From a virus (taxonomy: Duplodnaviria; Heunggongvirae; Uroviricota; Caudoviricetes), in IMG/VR virus record IMGVR_UViG_2671180444_000002: a stretch of 25,038 nucleotides of DNA; one strand, 5' to 3'. The notes under the pieces were generated by a model. It was given only the letters and a program-made list of their open reading frames with translations, was not told where the DNA came from and ran no database searches. Of the stretch, positions 9,109-18,540 are shown one piece after another. The translations under genes and the position numbers were made by a program. The stretch's first letter is position 1. Each line of letters opens with the position of its first letter.

Positions 9109-9749
9109 TTGTCGGTATACCTCTCTCGTTTGCTCAGTTGTTCAGGAATATGGTGCAGCAGCTCGCCGTCACCACAGTAAATGGCGGCATGATTCGGCAC
9201 CGATGAACCAAAACAGCACAGCAGCACATCGCCCGGCTGCGCCGCTGACAACGGCACCTGATACAGCCCTGTGGCCTCCAGATTATCCAGATAGAGATTC
9301 TGACCGTGACGCCACCAGTCATCCTCACGATGAAAATCCGGCATCTCAATCCCCGCCAGATGGTAAGCATCCCGGAACAGCGTGTAACAGTCCGTCACCC
9401 CGTGCTCAAAGCGCCGCCCGGTAAGATGTGGCACACAGCGGAACTTGTGAATCGCCCCCCGGCAGACCAGCCACCACGGCAAATCACTCTGCACCTGCAG
9501 CCGCCGGTCGGCCTCACTCAGCCAGGGCAGACCACCGGGGTGGCTGTGGACCAGTGCCACAATCTCACCCTGCATCTCTGCCTGCAGCCAGTCTTCCGGC
9601 GACATACGGAAATACGCCTCCGGCTCACCGGAGATATTCACGCAGGGGAAATATCTTTCCCCCTCCGGCGTTCTTACCACGAAGCCGCACGACTCCGCTG
9701 GAGCACATCGCCGGGCGTGCGCCAGAATCGCTGATTCTGTCTCTGTCAT
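9006..9749 (-). CDS. K: Tail tip assembly protein K (JAMM/MPN plus NlpC/P60 domains)
   Basis: MTETESAILAHARRCAPAESCGFVV...; JAMM motif HSHPGGLPWLSEAD; NlpC/P60 Cys (GVTDCYTLF) and His (PNHAAIY). Overlaps I by 103 nt as in lambda. A shorter 199-aa form would start at the internal Met at 9605. Confidence 0.85.
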   Translation of the reverse strand: MTETESAILAHARRCAPAESCGFVVRTPEGERYFPCVNISGEPEAYFRMSPEDWLQAEMQGEIVALVHSHPGGLPWLSEADRRLQVQSDLPWWLVCRGAIHKFRCVPHLTGRRFEHGVTDCYTLFRDAYHLAGIEMPDFHREDDWWRHGQNLYLDNLEATGLYQVPLSAAQPGDVLLCCFGSSVPNHAAIYCGDGELLHHIPEQLSKRERYTDKWQRRTHSLWRHRAWHASAFTGICNDLAAASTFV

Positions 9750-9754
9750 GGGAT

Positions 9755-10453
9755 TTACTGCGAAAGTTTGTTAATGGAAAGGAAGCCGCCAAAGTTGCCG
9801 ACGTTATTGCGAAACTTACAGCCACTCAGGCATTTGCTGCATTTATCCTTCGTGATGTCGGACGTTGGCTGGTCATATTCATCCGCGACCGCCGGACCGT
9901 GATAACCGCACTCATCGCCGCGATAGGTCCAGGTGCAGGTGTTGGCCAGCATGATACGTCCCGGAAAAACAGCGCCATCTGTTTCCGTCGGCGTGGACAG
10001 TACAAAAGAGGCACTCACCGCGCTCAGTTCGCTGCACTGCTCAATGCGCCAGCGGCTGATCACCTCCTGCTCCGGATCGGCGTCACTGTTTCCGTTGACG
10101 AAGTTCACCGCATCCAGAAAACGGGCGTAAACCTTACGCCGGACCACCGTTCCGCCGACCAGACTCTGTAGATCTTCCGCCATCCCGGTGACCATACCGT
10201 ACAGGTTAGAAACCATCAGCGTGGGGCGCGTACTGGTGCCTTTGCCATTCAGTTCAAAACCACTCCCCTGAATGGGATACGGCTGATACTGTCGCCCCTG
10301 CCAGGTGACCGGCTCACCTTTTTCGTTCTGCTCATTACAGAAAAAATAACGTTCTCCACCGACCTCTGTCAGATCGATTTCCCAGAGCACCACGCTGGCC
10401 GACTGCTCCGCACGGGTGCATTCATTCAGTGTTTCCTGCCGGATATCCTGCAT
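9755..10453 (-). CDS. L: Minor tail protein L
   Basis: 232 aa, MQDIRQETLNECTRAEQSASVVLWEIDLTEVGGERYFFCNEQNEKGEPVTWQGRQYQPYPIQGSGFE..., matches lambda L; C-terminal Cys cluster (CSKCLSGCKF). Confidence 0.95.
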   Translation of the reverse strand: MQDIRQETLNECTRAEQSASVVLWEIDLTEVGGERYFFCNEQNEKGEPVTWQGRQYQPYPIQGSGFELNGKGTSTRPTLMVSNLYGMVTGMAEDLQSLVGGTVVRRKVYARFLDAVNFVNGNSDADPEQEVISRWRIEQCSELSAVSASFVLSTPTETDGAVFPGRIMLANTCTWTYRGDECGYHGPAVADEYDQPTSDITKDKCSKCLSGCKFRNNVGNFGGFLSINKLSQ

Positions 10454-10782
10454 CAGTTCACCACCTGTTCAAACTCTGCGCTGAACTCAACACGCAGCAT
10501 ACTGACCCGCGACGACCATTTTGCGCAGGTCACCTTTATCTGCCGCCACTCATAAGGCGGCGTCCACAGAAAGGCTTTCCAGCCCCCGTGCTCTTCCAGA
10601 AACGACTCCAGTACCATGGCCTCCTCACGGGGGACAGAAAGCGTCACGCTGTACGTTTTCAGGTTGGCATTCAGCCCGGCAGGCGCTCGCTGGGAATAGC
10701 CATCACCAAAGCGCACCTTTCTTACAGAAGGGGCCGAAGCCACATCCATACCGGGTTTCACTTTCCAGCGGAAGGTTTTCAT
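10453..10782 (-). CDS. M: Minor tail protein M
   Basis: 109 aa, MKTFRWKVKPGMDVASAPSVRKVRFGDGYSQRAPAGLNANLKTYSV..., matches lambda M; 1-nt overlap with L and 4-nt overlap with H. Confidence 0.95.
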   Translation of the reverse strand: MKTFRWKVKPGMDVASAPSVRKVRFGDGYSQRAPAGLNANLKTYSVTLSVPREEAMVLESFLEEHGGWKAFLWTPPYEWRQIKVTCAKWSSRVSMLRVEFSAEFEQVVN

Positions 10783-13340
10783 CGTCCACCTCCGGAGAAC
10801 AGGCCACCATCACGCATCTGTGTCTGAATTTCATCACGGGCACCCTTGCGGGCCATGTCATACACGGCCTTCATCATCTGTGGACCTGGCAGACCATTCG
10901 TACCGTCGTTCTGAATCACCACGTGATTGTTCTGATTAAAATTAATGCCTTCAGCCCGCCGCATCTGCGCCGGACTTCCGGCACCGCCCACATAACCACC
11001 TTCCGCATAGCCGCGCATCAGCCGGTAGAGATTCCCCACGCCAATCCGGCTGGTTGCCTCCTTCGTGAAGACAAATTCACCACGGTGAACAATCCCCGCT
11101 GGCTCATATTTGCCGCCGGTTCCCGTAAATCCCCCGGTTGCAAAATGGAATTTCACCGCAGCGGCCTGAATGGCTGTACCACCTGACGCGGATGCGCCGC
11201 CACCAACAGCCCCGCCAATGGCGCTGCCGATACTCCCGACAATCCCCACCATTGCCTGCTTAAGCAGAATTTCTGTCATCATGGACAGCACGGAGCGGGT
11301 GAAGCTGCGCCAGTTCTGTTCACTGCCGGTCAGCATCGCCGCCATATTCTGTGCAATACCATCAAAGGTCTGCGTGGCTGCACTTTTAACCTGTGACATA
11401 CTGTCCGTGGCGCTCTCTTCCCACTCACTCCAGCCGGACTTCAGGCCTGCCATCCAGCTCCCGCGAAGCTGGTCTTCAGCCGCCCAGGTCTTTTTCTGCT
11501 CTGACATGACGTTATTCAGCGCCAGAGGATTATCGCCATACTGTTCCTTCAGGCGCTGTTCCGTGGCTTCCCGCGCTGCCTGCCGGTCAGTCAGCCCCCG
11601 GTTTTTCGCATCAATGGCTGCCCGTTTTGCCCGTTGCTGCTGTGCGAATTTATCCGCCTGCTGCGCCAGCGCATTCAGGTGCTCCTGATACGTAACCTTG
11701 TCACCAAGTGCAGCCAGCTGGCGTTTGTACTCCAGCGTCTCGTCTTTATGCGCCAGCAGGGATTTCTCCTGTGCGGACAGCTGGCGACGTTGTGCCGCCT
11801 CCTCCAGTACCGCGAACTGACTTTCTGCCTTCCACAAATCCCGGCGCTGCTGGCTGATTTTCTCATTCGCTCCGGCATGCTTCTCCAGCGTCCGGAGTTC
11901 TGCCTGAAGCGTCAGCAGGGCCGCATGAGCACTGTCTTCCTGACGATCGCCCGCATACACCTTCACGCCGGACTGTTTCGGCTTTTTCAGCGTCGCTTCA
12001 TAATCCTTTTTCGCCGCCGCCATCAGCGTGTTGTAATCTGCCTGCAGGATTTTTCCGTCTTTCAGTGCCTTGTTCAGTTCTTCCTGACGGGCGGTATATT
12101 TCTCCAGCGGCGTCTGCAGCCGTTCGTAAGCCTTCTGCGCCTCTTCGGTATATTTCAGCCGTGACGCTTCGGTATCGCTCTGCTGCTGCGCATTTTTGTC
12201 CTGTTGACGCTGTTGATCTACCCTCTTTTGGGCTGCATCCCGCTCCAGGCGTTTTTTTTCACGATCATCCCAGTAACGCGCCCGTGCTTCATCGTTAACG
12301 AAATAATCATCCTTGCGCAGATTCCAGATGTCGTCTGCTTTCTTAAACGCAGCCTCTGCCTTAATCAGCATCTCCTGCGCGGTATCAGGACGACCAATAT
12401 CCAGCACCGCATCCCACATGGATTTGAATGCACGTGCAGTCCTGTCTGCCCAGGTCTCCAGCGTGCCCATGTTCTCTTTCAGGCGGCGGGTCTGGTCATC
12501 AAACCCTTTCGTTGCGGCCTCGTTCGCCGCCTGCAATGCCCCGGCTTCATCGCCGGAACGCTGCAACTGAGCAACATACGCAATCTGCTCCGCCGTCACG
12601 TTATGGAACTGGCGTGCCATCGCCGTCAGCCCCGACGTCGGGTCTGTGGTCAGCTTCCCGAAGGCTTCAGCGACCTTGTCCACCTCCACGCCGGATGCAT
12701 AGGAGAAACGCGCCACACTCTGGCTGATGGACGCAATCTGAGCCTCACCGCTTACCCCCGCCTTAACCAGTGCGCTGAGTGACTCGCTGGTCTGGTTAAA
12801 CGTCAGCCCTGCCGCCTGCCCGGCTCTGGACAGGACCAGCATACGATCTGCCGTCAGTCCCGCCTGATTACCGGAAAGGACCAGCGTTTTGTTGAAATCG
12901 GACAGGGTTGAGTTGCCCTGATACCAGGCATACGCCAGCGCACCGGTCGCCACCGCCAGCGAGGTGGCCCCCACCATCGGCAGGGTGATCGCGCCGGCAA
13001 GCCCCCTGAACATGGGGATCATCCCGCCGAAGGAGTCCTTAACCTGACCACCCTGTTGCAGCAGGATCAGCCAGGGATTCTGCCCCCCTGCAAGCTGCGT
13101 GGCCACGTCGGTGAACTGTGCAGGCAGCATACGCATGGCGGCTTTATACTGCCCGACGGAAATCCCCGCTTTCTGTGCAGCCAGCGCCTGTCGGCTCAGC
13201 GACTGTTCAACGACTGCCGCTGTTTTTTTCGCATCACTTTCCGTACCGGAAAAATGACGCCTGACTCTGGCCATCTGCTCGTCAAATCTGGCCGCATCCA
13301 GACTCAAATCAACGACCAGATCGCCTACCGGTTCAGCCAT
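10779..13340 (-). CDS. H: Tail tape measure protein H
   Basis: 853 aa, same length as lambda H; MAEPVGDLVVDLSLDAARFDEQMARVRRHF..., long coiled-coil middle and Gly-rich C-terminus. Confidence 0.95.
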   Translation of the reverse strand: MAEPVGDLVVDLSLDAARFDEQMARVRRHFSGTESDAKKTAAVVEQSLSRQALAAQKAGISVGQYKAAMRMLPAQFTDVATQLAGGQNPWLILLQQGGQVKDSFGGMIPMFRGLAGAITLPMVGATSLAVATGALAYAWYQGNSTLSDFNKTLVLSGNQAGLTADRMLVLSRAGQAAGLTFNQTSESLSALVKAGVSGEAQIASISQSVARFSYASGVEVDKVAEAFGKLTTDPTSGLTAMARQFHNVTAEQIAYVAQLQRSGDEAGALQAANEAATKGFDDQTRRLKENMGTLETWADRTARAFKSMWDAVLDIGRPDTAQEMLIKAEAAFKKADDIWNLRKDDYFVNDEARARYWDDREKKRLERDAAQKRVDQQRQQDKNAQQQSDTEASRLKYTEEAQKAYERLQTPLEKYTARQEELNKALKDGKILQADYNTLMAAAKKDYEATLKKPKQSGVKVYAGDRQEDSAHAALLTLQAELRTLEKHAGANEKISQQRRDLWKAESQFAVLEEAAQRRQLSAQEKSLLAHKDETLEYKRQLAALGDKVTYQEHLNALAQQADKFAQQQRAKRAAIDAKNRGLTDRQAAREATEQRLKEQYGDNPLALNNVMSEQKKTWAAEDQLRGSWMAGLKSGWSEWEESATDSMSQVKSAATQTFDGIAQNMAAMLTGSEQNWRSFTRSVLSMMTEILLKQAMVGIVGSIGSAIGGAVGGGASASGGTAIQAAAVKFHFATGGFTGTGGKYEPAGIVHRGEFVFTKEATSRIGVGNLYRLMRGYAEGGYVGGAGSPAQMRRAEGINFNQNNHVVIQNDGTNGLPGPQMMKAVYDMARKGARDEIQTQMRDGGLFSGGGR

Positions 13341-13767
13341 ACCGGACTCCTCCTGCGATCCCTTCTGATACTGTCATCAGCATTACGTCATCCTCCGTCA
13401 TGTCCGCCACATCCGGGGAAGCGGGGATAACTTCATTCCCGTCCGGGCCAAAGCGGACACCTCCGGCAAGCCCTGCCGCTTTCTGCATCAGCACATCATC
13501 TTCAGGCTCTTCGTCAGCCTCGCGCCGGTTCAGCAGACTGAAATCCAGCGGATGCATCTCCGGATCGCTGAAAAACAGGCTGAGCACGGTGTACGTCAGC
13601 CCGGAAAAGTGCATATCCAGCAGAACATCATGAAAATAATGGGTACTGTAAAAGCGGTGCCAGTCGGCATACTCCGTGGATGACATCCCGGCAAGCATGG
13701 CGCGCCAGTCGGGTCGCCCCATCTCACGCGCCAGTTTCAGGGCAAAACTCAGCTCACCGTCGAACAC
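13333..13767 (-). CDS. T: T segment of tail assembly chaperone G-T, expressed as a G-T fusion by -1 programmed frameshift
   Basis: 435-nt ORF in the -1 frame overlapping the G 3' end and overlapping the H start by 8 nt, exactly as in lambda; slippery heptamer at the overlap. Confidence 0.85.
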   Translation of the reverse strand: MFDGELSFALKLAREMGRPDWRAMLAGMSSTEYADWHRFYSTHYFHDVLLDMHFSGLTYTVLSLFFSDPEMHPLDFSLLNRREADEEPEDDVLMQKAAGLAGGVRFGPDGNEVIPASPDVADMTEDDVMLMTVSEGIAGGVRYG

Positions 13768-14171
13768 TTTCCCGCAGAAACAGGCTCTGCAGGCCCGGCG
13801 TCCTCTGCCTGTTCAGGAGCATCATTCACCACAAACTCATACATACCGGACAGCCGGTACACCACGTTTTCAGCATGAGAAATTGCCTCTGTGGGCCAGG
13901 TGGTAAGCACTTCCTGCTCAATCTGTTTAACGGCTTCATTCATGGACGGCATCTGCGTCTTCTTCGGATGGTTATGCCACAGGGACATCGCAACCACAAA
14001 AGCGCCGGTTCTGATGGCGTCTTCCACAGTAAACTTCCGGTTGCTGTCTGACTCCGCCTGTTCTGCCTGCCGTTTCATCAGGTCGAGATGCTCAATACGC
14101 TGCAGGGCTGACAGTTCAGAAAGCGTGACGGTCACACCGTTATGTTCAAATGATTCGGTTTTCAGGAACAT
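13749..14171 (-). CDS. G: Tail assembly chaperone G
   Basis: 140 aa, MFLKTESFEHNGVTVTLSELSALQRIEHLDLMKRQAEQAESDSNRKFTVEDAIRTGAFVVAMSLWHNHPKKTQ..., matches lambda G. Confidence 0.95.
   Translation of the reverse strand: MFLKTESFEHNGVTVTLSELSALQRIEHLDLMKRQAEQAESDSNRKFTVEDAIRTGAFVVAMSLWHNHPKKTQMPSMNEAVKQIEQEVLTTWPTEAISHAENVVYRLSGMYEFVVNDAPEQAEDAGPAEPVSAGKCSTVS
13767..13773 (-). promoter_or_regulatory. Programmed -1 ribosomal frameshift slippery heptamer GGGAAAG (G to G-T)
   Basis: Plus strand CTTTCCC at 13767-13773 is GGGAAAG on the minus strand, inside the G/T overlap. Confidence 0.8.
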
Positions 14172-14186
14172 CGCTGACTCTCCGGA

Positions 14187-14927
14187 TTAACTGGCGGTGA
14201 CGTTGATTTCTGCAACCGCAGCAAACTCACCATTACCAGATACGACCGGAATGTTGACCTTGCCTGCAGCAACACCTTTCACGGTGATGGTCATACCACT
14301 GACCGACACGGTGGCTTTTGTTTTATCCGCAGACACCGCACGGAAGCTCTTGTCGGTTGCGCCATCCGGCTGGAATGCCACGGTCAGCGTGGTGCTCTGC
14401 CCTTTCACTACGGAAGCACTGGCGGGTGTCACCGTCATGCCGGTCGTCGCCGTCACCGTGCTGCGATCTTCTGCCATCGACGGACGTCCCACATTGGTGA
14501 CCTTCACCGTGCGGGTAATCACCTCCTTCGCCGTCACCGCCTTACCGATACTGCTGACCCAGCCACGGAACACATCGACCGTGCCGTTCGGGAAGCGGAT
14601 TTTATAGGCACGGGTATCACCTTCATTAAACCACGCCAGCAGCGCCTGCTGCCCCTGCTCTCCGGGCATCCACGCCAGCGTGAAGCTGGTATCTCCGGCA
14701 GATTTCTGCCCCTGCCCGGTCGCAGTCCAGTCTGCATCTTCATCATCGAGATAGCTGTCGTCATAGGACTCAGCGGTCAGTTCGCCGGGCGTCAGGTCTT
14801 TAACTTTTGCCAGACGCGACCAGTCAACGTCTGAAAGCGGGTTCGCATAAGGGTCACCGCTCCCCTTATAAACCCACAGGGTGGTCCCGGCACCTTTCAC
14901 CGGCATTGTAGGATTTGGTACAGGCAT
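14187..14927 (-). CDS. V: Major tail tube protein V (with C-terminal Ig-like domain)
   Basis: [30 protein letters not shown]... matches lambda V; 741 nt as in lambda. The ORF track extends 10 codons upstream ([10 protein letters not shown]); the lambda-like start is the ATG at 14925-14927. Confidence 0.93.
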   Translation of the reverse strand: MPVPNPTMPVKGAGTTLWVYKGSGDPYANPLSDVDWSRLAKVKDLTPGELTAESYDDSYLDDEDADWTATGQGQKSAGDTSFTLAWMPGEQGQQALLAWFNEGDTRAYKIRFPNGTVDVFRGWVSSIGKAVTAKEVITRTVKVTNVGRPSMAEDRSTVTATTGMTVTPASASVVKGQSTTLTVAFQPDGATDKSFRAVSADKTKATVSVSGMTITVKGVAAGKVNIPVVSGNGEFAAVAEINVTAS

Positions 14928-14934
14928 AGCGTCC

Positions 14935-15330
14935 TCACATTTCATAGATAATGACATAAGTCAGATCGGCTGAACTCCACAGGCCCGCATCATCGTCGCG
15001 CCGGTAGTCATAGCCGCTGGCCACCATACTGGTGATCAAATCTGACAGTGCCGGGATATCGCTCATCACAGGATAAATCCGGGACTCCATCCACGAATCC
15101 AGCTCTGAATCCGGCACCTGAGCAGGCAGGAAAACTTCAATATGCAGCTCCGCCTGCCAGGTATCGCTGTCCAGCTCTTCGCCCGTGTATTCAGCGCCGG
15201 TGAGATAAACGGCAATTGCCGGAAAATCTTCCTCATCAAAAACAGCGGGGCGACCATCAAAAAGCGTCGCCCCGGTGTCATGCTTCTCCAGTGCATCCAG
15301 TACGGCTGCACGGAGTTCAGTATGTTTCAT
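14935..15330 (-). CDS. U: Tail terminator protein U
   Basis: 131 aa, [68 protein letters not shown]..., matches lambda U. Confidence 0.95.
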   Translation of the reverse strand: MKHTELRAAVLDALEKHDTGATLFDGRPAVFDEEDFPAIAVYLTGAEYTGEELDSDTWQAELHIEVFLPAQVPDSELDSWMESRIYPVMSDIPALSDLITSMVASGYDYRRDDDAGLWSSADLTYVIIYEM

Positions 15331-15905
15331 CGCTTTATTACCATTCTCAGTTGATGCTGCAGCGCATAGCCCAGCTCTTTCGGAAGACGTTCACGCCGTA
15401 TCCGTTCAATATTCTGTTTAAACGCCGTGGTCAGCGGCACCGCCATCGGGATTTTCACCACATCAATGGGGTAACGGTTTTTCCCGGCCACACGCTGCAT
15501 AACATGCCACCGGCCGTTTTTCAGTTGCTGAATAAACGCGCCGGGAATACGACGGTTACCCACCACAAGCACGCTGCCGCCACCTTTCAGGGATGAACGC
15601 TGCCCCTTTTTATGACGCCTGCGGCGGGACAGGACAACCCGCGCATTACCCAGCTTGATTACGGGCAAATCCCCCCGGTTAACTTTGATTCTGGCCTGCG
15701 GATTTTTGACCGTGGCCCTTTTCAGCCTGGCCCTTTCCTTTACCAGTTTCCGGCGTACCTTTGTCTCACGGGCAACCTGTGACGCAGACTGCGATATCGC
15801 GGATGAAGCAACGCGGTTAATGGCCATTGCGGCGGCACCGGGCACCGCCGTTTTGCTGATACGGCTGAGGTTTTCAACGGCCTGCTCAAGACCTTTTATG
15901 GCCAT
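15327..15905 (-). CDS. Z: Tail completion protein Z
   Basis: 192 aa, MAIKGLEQAVENLSRISKTAVPGAAAMAINRVASSAISQSASQVARETKVRRKLVKERARL..., matches lambda Z; 4-nt overlap with U. Confidence 0.95.
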   Translation of the reverse strand: MAIKGLEQAVENLSRISKTAVPGAAAMAINRVASSAISQSASQVARETKVRRKLVKERARLKRATVKNPQARIKVNRGDLPVIKLGNARVVLSRRRRHKKGQRSSLKGGGSVLVVGNRRIPGAFIQQLKNGRWHVMQRVAGKNRYPIDVVKIPMAVPLTTAFKQNIERIRRERLPKELGYALQHQLRMVIKR

Positions 15906-15916
15906 ACATCCCCCTT

Positions 15917-16270
15917 TCAGCGGCGACGGTTAACGGCAGGCGGTACGCCCCGTCCAAGCCAGAGATGACAACTTCCGCCATCATCCGGCGAAACCCGATC
16001 TACCCAGAAATTTTCCTCACCGATGGTCAGCGTGTCTCCACGCCGCAGCTGCCGCACCTCATCAGTCCGGACAAACAGGGACGGGCTGGAGCCTTCAACG
16101 CGCACGCCCTGTCCGGCATAGCTGATATTTTCAGGGTCATCAAAAACACCACGTATCACCTCACCTGACTGCTCACCGGATGTCATGGTGGCTGACGTTC
16201 CCATGTACCCGCGTATCGTTTCATCGGCGCGGGCAATGGCAGCATCGAACAGGTTATCGAAATCAGCCAC
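15917..16270 (-). CDS. FII: Head-tail connector protein FII
   Basis: 117 aa, MADFDNLFDAAIARADETIRGYMGTSATMTSGEQSGEVIRGVFDDPENISYAGQGVRVEGSSPSLFVRTDEV..., matches lambda FII. Confidence 0.95.
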   Translation of the reverse strand: MADFDNLFDAAIARADETIRGYMGTSATMTSGEQSGEVIRGVFDDPENISYAGQGVRVEGSSPSLFVRTDEVRQLRRGDTLTIGEENFWVDRVSPDDGGSCHLWLGRGVPPAVNRRR

Positions 16271-16281
16271 AGCGCCTCCCG

Positions 16282-16680
16282 TTATTGCATTCTGGCCAGG
16301 CCGCGCTCTGTCATTTCGGCTGCCACACCGGCAGAGACACGAAACGCCGTTCCCGGCAGCACAAATGCCACAGGTTTATCCCGCGTGGCGTGAAGTGCAT
16401 CAGTATGCAGCGTCACCAGTGCCACGACCGTGACCAGTTCAGCCGTATCCTGAATCACGGTATCCGGCTGCGCTGATACCACCTCATTTTCATGCCCGGT
16501 CAGCACATTTTCCCGGCTGAGAGGGGTGTCCTGACCGGCAGTTTCATCCGTGTCATCAAGCTCTTCTTCCAGCTCTGCCACACGAAGCGCCAGTTCTTCT
16601 TTCGTTCCCGTCAAACTGACATCGCGGTTCAATTGCTCACCCAGCTCCTGAAGACGGGCAATCAGTTCATCTTTCGTCAT
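16282..16680 (-). CDS. FI: DNA packaging protein FI
   Basis: MTKDELIARLQELGEQLNRDVSLTGTKEELALRVAELEEELDD... matches lambda FI (132 aa). The ORF track's 13-codon N-terminal extension is probably not translated. Confidence 0.9.
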   Translation of the reverse strand: MTKDELIARLQELGEQLNRDVSLTGTKEELALRVAELEEELDDTDETAGQDTPLSRENVLTGHENEVVSAQPDTVIQDTAELVTVVALVTLHTDALHATRDKPVAFVLPGTAFRVSAGVAAEMTERGLARMQ

Positions 16681-16721
16681 GAACTCCTCCACAGAGAGAA
16701 AATGGCCCCGAAGGGCCATGA

Positions 16722-17747
16722 TTACGCCAGTTGAACGGACACGAACTCATCAGGATCAGCCAGCAGCATCAGCGGTGCTGACTGAATCATGGTGAACTCA
16801 CGCGCCGGATCGCCGGTGGTCACCCAGTTTTTCGGGTAACGGGCAGAAGCGTTAATGCCTTCGCGCTGTGCGTCCGCATCCTGAATGCAGCCATAGGTGC
16901 GCAGACCGCGAGCCTGAGTGTTCCCCAGCACCATCGTGTTGTCCGGCAGGAAGTTCTTTTTGACGCCGTTTTCCACGTACTGTCCGGAATACACGACGAT
17001 GGCCACATCGCCATACATTCCCTTATAGGACACCGCTTTGCCCAGGTCTTTTACCGCTGTCTCCAGCTCGGAATGAGAGCCGCGACGGGTATCCAGCTTC
17101 TCCTTGACGGCTTTGAAGGAACGGAACAGCGCCCAGCCTTTCGGGTCAAACACGATGATATTCACCACACCGCTGGCGTTCAGCGCGTAGGCTTCGATAT
17201 CGTCGGTCGGGTCATACGTGGACTTGTCACGCTTGCTCCACTCCGTGACGCCGGACTGTGTGATGTTGTTCGCCGCACTGCGGCCCATATCCACCTCAAC
17301 CGGATCGAAGGCTTCACCGGTCATGGTGTATTTGCCCTTGAGCACGGCAGAAACTGCCTGCATCTCTTCGACCTGAGCAATGGCCAGCTCTTCGTCACGC
17401 ATGTTCTGCATGATGATGCGACGGCGGCGGTAAGCCGGGTCCGCCAGATTCTGCGGATCTTCATCCGGCAGGCGACGCAGGGTCATCTGCGGATTCACCT
17501 CATGCTTGGGTTTGACATATCCCGGCGTAAATTCAGAGGTGGAGCCGCCACGGGAACGGATAACCTCACCGGAAACAATCGGCGAAACGTACAGCGCCAT
17601 GTTTACCAGTCCCGGAATTTGTGAGAGATAGACTTTCTCCGTAGTGAAGGGATAGCTCTCACGGAAAAAGAGACGCAGAAACAGCGGATCAAACTTAAAT
17701 TTCTGCTCATTTGCCGCCAGCAGCTGGGCGGTTGTGTACATCGACAT
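16722..17747 (-). CDS. E: Major capsid protein E
   Basis: MSMYTTAQLLAANEQKFKFDPLFLRLFFRESYPFTTEKVYLSQIPGLVNMALYVSPIVSGEVIRSRGGSTSEF... matches lambda E (341 aa). The ORF track starts 9 codons upstream. Confidence 0.95.
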   Translation of the reverse strand: MSMYTTAQLLAANEQKFKFDPLFLRLFFRESYPFTTEKVYLSQIPGLVNMALYVSPIVSGEVIRSRGGSTSEFTPGYVKPKHEVNPQMTLRRLPDEDPQNLADPAYRRRRIIMQNMRDEELAIAQVEEMQAVSAVLKGKYTMTGEAFDPVEVDMGRSAANNITQSGVTEWSKRDKSTYDPTDDIEAYALNASGVVNIIVFDPKGWALFRSFKAVKEKLDTRRGSHSELETAVKDLGKAVSYKGMYGDVAIVVYSGQYVENGVKKNFLPDNTMVLGNTQARGLRTYGCIQDADAQREGINASARYPKNWVTTGDPAREFTMIQSAPLMLLADPDEFVSVQLA

Positions 17748-17802
17748 AAAAAAATCCCGTAAAAAAAGCCACACAGGCGGCCTTTAGTGATGAAGGGTAA
17801 AG

Positions 17803-18135
17803 TTAAACGATGCTGATTGCCGTTCCGGCAAACACGGTCCGTTTTTTCGTCTCGTCGCTGGCAGCCTCCGGCCAGAGCACATCCTCATAACGGAACGTGC
17901 CGGACTTGTAGAACGTCAGTGTGGTGCTGGTCTGGTCAGCAGCAACCGCAAGAATGCCAACGGCAGCACCGTCGGTGGTGCCATCCCACGCAACCAGCTT
18001 ACGGGTGGAGGTGTCCAGCATCAGCGGGGTCATTGCAGGCGCTTTCGCACTCAATCCGCCGGGCGCGGTTGCGGTATGAGCCGGGTCACTATTGCCCAGC
18101 GGCTGGTAATGGGTAAAGGTTTCTTTGCTCGTCAT
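17803..18135 (-). CDS. D: Head decoration protein D
   Basis: [43 protein letters not shown]... matches lambda D (110 aa). The ORF track starts 2 codons upstream. Confidence 0.95.
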   Translation of the reverse strand: MTSKETFTHYQPLGNSDPAHTATAPGGLSAKAPAMTPLMLDTSTRKLVAWDGTTDGAAVGILAVAADQTSTTLTFYKSGTFRYEDVLWPEAASDETKKRTVFAGTAISIV

Positions 18136-18144
18136 AAACATCCC

Positions 18145-18540
18145 TTACACTGGTGTGTTCAGCAAATCGTTAACGGCATCAGATGCCGGGTTACCTGCAG
18201 CCAGCGGTGCCGGTGCCCCCTGCATCAGACGATCCAGCGCAGTGTCACTGCGCGTCTGTGCACTCTGTGGTGCTGCGGCCAGAATACGGCGGGCCGTTTC
18301 CACGGTCATACCGGGGGTTTCGGCCAGCACGCGTGCCTGTTCTTCGCGTCCGTGAGCCTCCTCACAGTTGAGGATCCCCATAATGCGACTGTTTTCTGCC
18401 GCAACCGCTGCGGTGATCTGCGCGTTCACGTCCGGCTGCGCCGCGCTGGCGTTCTCGCCCTCCGTCGCTTGCACCACGCCAGTAACGTCAGCCTGCGAAG
18501 CAGTGGCTGAAACAGTTGTTGATTGAGTCTCTTTGGTCAT
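18145..18540 (-). CDS. Nu3: Scaffolding protein Nu3, nested in-frame in the 3' part of C
   Basis: Internal ATG (MTKETQSTTVSATASQ...) preceded by a strong Shine-Dalgarno (AGGAGGGCGA-ATG) inside C; 131 aa sharing the C stop. Confidence 0.75.
   Translation of the reverse strand: MTKETQSTTVSATASQADVTGVVQATEGENASAAQPDVNAQITAAVAAENSRIMGILNCEEAHGREEQARVLAETPGMTVETARRILAAAPQSAQTRSDTALDRLMQGAPAPLAAGNPASDAVNDLLNTPV

Noticed and set aside
11170-12782. Several plus-strand ORFs (11170-11688, 11634-12164, 12204-12782 and others) opposite H
   Set aside because: All embedded antisense in the tape measure gene with low-complexity translations; H is unambiguous on the minus strand.
17748-17802. Possible weak hairpin with T-run between D and E
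   Set aside because: Only a 3-4 bp stem could be drawn; too weak to call a terminator from sequence alone.
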